Origin: Syntrophales bacterium
GTDB lineage: Bacteria; Desulfobacterota; Syntrophia; Syntrophales; UBA2210
NCBI GenBank assembly: GCA_963662405.2
Contig: CAXXKT010000003.1
Span: 480,001 to 544,000, forward strand
Direction of reading: 5' to 3'
Length of the DNA stretch: 64,000 nt
Below the pieces are notes generated by a model, which saw only the letters and a program-made list of their open reading frames with translations, ran no database searches and had not been told where the DNA came from. How positions within the stretch are numbered: the stretch's first letter is position 1; every line of letters starts with the position of its first letter. This document shows, in pieces, positions 61,577 through 64,000 of this stretch. The translations under genes were made by a program, and so were the position numbers.

Positions 61577-62221
61577 ATGAAGAGAATGCTGGTGGGGGTC
61601 ATATTACTGTTGTGTGTTGCAACGAACGGCTGGGCAACGTACACGGGGAGTCTTGATGGCTCTTCCACCTTATCCGGGACGGGGAGCTGGGAAAGTGCAT
61701 CCCTGAGCTGGAATGTCAGTGTATTTGAGGATATCTGGACCTACCATTACAACTTCTCCGTGCCGGAGAAGGGGATCAGTCATCTGATCTTTGAGGTCTC
61801 CAGCACCTTTGATAGCAGGAATATCTATGCGGGAACGACCGAAGGGTATCAGCTTGATAGTTATGGCGATAACGGGAATCCCGGCATCCTCGGCTCGATC
61901 TATGGCCTGAAATGGGATCTTGGAATCGACACGACTTCGGCATCAATTACCATCGTCACCGATCGGGCTCCCATGTGGGGTGATTTCTACGCGAAGGATG
62001 GTGTCGAGAAGATAGATGGCGTCAAGACAAATATCTTCGCGTACAACACGCAGTTCGGAAGCGACACCACCGCCTCAATCGGCAACGGTAACGCCGGAGG
62101 ATGGGCGCTGGTACCCGATACCCATTCGGGTTCTGCCCCTGTGCCGGAACCGGGGACGATGCTCCTCTTCGGTTTTGGTCTGATCGGCTTAGTGGGCGTG
62201 GGGGGAAAGCGGCTGCGGTAA
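61577..62221 (+). CDS. PEP-CTERM sorted surface protein
   Basis: Signal peptide MKRMLVG..GWA; C-terminus VPEPGTMLLFGFGLIGLVGVGGKRLR; GGAGG RBS. Confidence 0.92.
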   Translation: MKRMLVGVILLLCVATNGWATYTGSLDGSSTLSGTGSWESASLSWNVSVFEDIWTYHYNFSVPEKGISHLIFEVSSTFDSRNIYAGTTEGYQLDSYGDNGNPGILGSIYGLKWDLGIDTTSASITIVTDRAPMWGDFYAKDGVEKIDGVKTNIFAYNTQFGSDTTASIGNGNAGGWALVPDTHSGSAPVPEPGTMLLFGFGLIGLVGVGGKRLR

Positions 62222-62322
62222 GGATTTCTCTGAGCCGGGAGGGTCTTGTCTGTCTGGGTTCAACACCACATTCATTCCCGACACCGGAGATATCCCGGTT
62301 ATGCGGAAAAGCGGGGACGCGA

Positions 62323-63686
62323 TTATCGGTTTTTCAGCCAGCCGGGATGTTTAATTCCGAATCTTTTGATTTTGTAATTCAGGGCACGGGGACTGATCCC
62401 GAGAAGTCGTGCCGCATCTTTTTGAACCCAGAGACTTTTCTGAAGTGCATCCAAGATTAATCTTTTCTCACCCGTCTCAAGGGGTTTTGGCGCATCGCTT
62501 ACCGAAGGAGATTGTGGGGGGTTACCCAGTGTCGGTATGAACAGATTTTCTTTGTGGATGACCGAGCCCTCTTCCAGGATGACGGCCCGTTCGATGGCAT
62601 TGGCGAGCTGCCGGATATTTCCCGGCCATTCGTAAGCCTTGATCCACGCAATACTTGCTGGTGAAAATGCCGCGATTTTTTTCTTCAACGTTGCAGCCGC
62701 TTTTTCAAGGAGCCACGATGCGAGGGGGGCGATGCATTCTTTCCGCTCGCGAAGGGGGGGAAGCTGTACCGACAGGATGTTTATCCGGTAGTAGAGATCT
62801 TCCCTGAATCGGCCCGCGGCGATCTGCTCTTCCAGGTTCCTGTTTGTGGCGACGATCACTCGAACGTCGGAACGGATCGTCTGATTGCCCCCCACCCGCT
62901 CGAAGGCCTTTTCATCCAGTACCCGGAGCAGCTTTGCCTGGAGAGAGAGGCTGATCTCCCCGATCTCGTCGAGAAAGAGGCTTCCCCCCCGTGCCTGTTC
63001 AAACCTGCCGATCCGTAGTTTTTCCGCACCGGTAAACGCCCCCCTCTCGTGGCCGAACAATTCACTCTCAAGGAGGGTCTCCGGGATGTTGGCGCAGTTA
63101 ATCGGACGAAGGGTCTGCTTTTCCTGGCGCTGTTGAAGTGGATTGTCCCCGCCAAGAAACTCTTTCCCGTCCCCGTTTCTCCTGTCATCAGGATGGTCGC
63201 ATCCGTCTGCGAGAATTTCTTGAGGGTCTTGATGATCCCTTTCATGATCGGGCTGAATGCAATAATTCTGTCAAAATCATAGATGATGTCTTGCTCGTGT
63301 CGCAGATAGGCGATCTCATGCTTCAGATTCGCCTGCTCGATCGCCTGTTTGACGACGTGCCCGATCTTGACTGCTGAAAAGGGTTTGGTGATGAAATCGA
63401 AACTCCCCTCCTTGATCGCCCGTACCACCAGGGAGGCCTTTTCGATCTGGCTTGTAATGATCACCGGGGTATGGGGGAATGTAGATTTGACCCACGTGAG
63501 GAGGTCGAACGGGTCGATCTCTTGTATCTGCAGATCAAGGACGATTACATCACATGGATGGAGCTTCAATTCGTTGAAGACATCGTTCCCCGGTGTCCAG
63601 GAATATGTTGTGTACGATGTGGCGAGGGCATCTCGGAGAAACTGTCGCCATTTCCCGTCTGGTTCTACGATGTATATTCTACGCAT
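62323..63686 (-). pseudogene. NtrC-family sigma-54 response regulator with a 1-nt frameshift near 63105 (pseudogene or sequencing error)
   Basis: Receiver plus GETGTGK in one frame; INCANIPETLLESELFGHERGAFTGA, WPGNIRQL and HTH in another. Confidence 0.85.
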
Positions 63687-63790
63687 GAATACGGCTTCCT
63701 ACCTTGAAAGAGGGCAACCGCACAGTATGTGGGATTTCACCCAACCGCGGGGAAAAGACCCCTCTCGCCCGTTTGGTCGCGTTGCTGCTC

Positions 63791-64000
63791 CTAGCTCTCT
63801 GCGCCCATCTTTTCGATCATCCGTTCCACCTGAGCCGAATCTTTCTTTCCCAGCCCCAGTTTTATGGCTTGACGGAACTCCTCCCGTGCCTGGGGAAAGT
63901 CTTGTTCCCGATAATAAACCAATCCAAGATGGTAGTGGAATACCGGATGCTTGGGGGCCATCCCGATCGCCGCTTTGAATTGGTTCTTGGCCATGAGGAG
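63791..64000 (-). CDS. TPR protein, C-terminal part (runs off the window)
   Basis: PKHPVFHYHLGLVYY..AREEFRQAIKL; open to the window edge. Confidence 0.7.
   Translation of the reverse strand, partial: LLMAKNQFKAAIGMAPKHPVFHYHLGLVYYREQDFPQAREEFRQAIKLGLGKKDSAQVERMIEKMGAES

Overview
This window looks like chromosomal DNA from an anaerobic Desulfobacterota/deltaproteobacterium, possibly Syntrophales-like. That placement is an inference from gene content (acyl-CoA hydrolase-GNAT fusion, flavodoxin-SCP2 fusion, nikKMLQO, PrxU, PEP-CTERM). The right half (about 31-61 kb) is mostly core genes on the minus strand: uvrA, surA, mfd, nadA, glyQS, recO, mgtE, pyrRBC, lepB, secDF-yajC, tgt, queA and mazG. 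moeA, tRNA-Sec and an ihfA-like gene lie on the plus strand. The left half is accessory: a large repeat-containing secreted protein, a nickel ECF operon with a NikR-like site, a selenocysteine peroxiredoxin that the ORF track splits at UGA, an IPTL-CTERM protein and decayed gene fragments. The most unusual element is a co-oriented run of small cargo genes at 10.7-15.1 kb (PaaI, PLP decarboxylase, two GNATs, hicAB, ICMT-like). It is punctuated by three same-orientation copies of a ~23-nt motif (GGGGACA-N-CATACCTATTTC), carries one attC-like site and a duplicated GNAT 3' end, and has no recombinase in the window. The right end holds a PEP-CTERM gene with a sigma-54 promoter next to a frameshifted sigma-54 response regulator. 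All protein family calls are from motif recognition by eye; no database searches were run.
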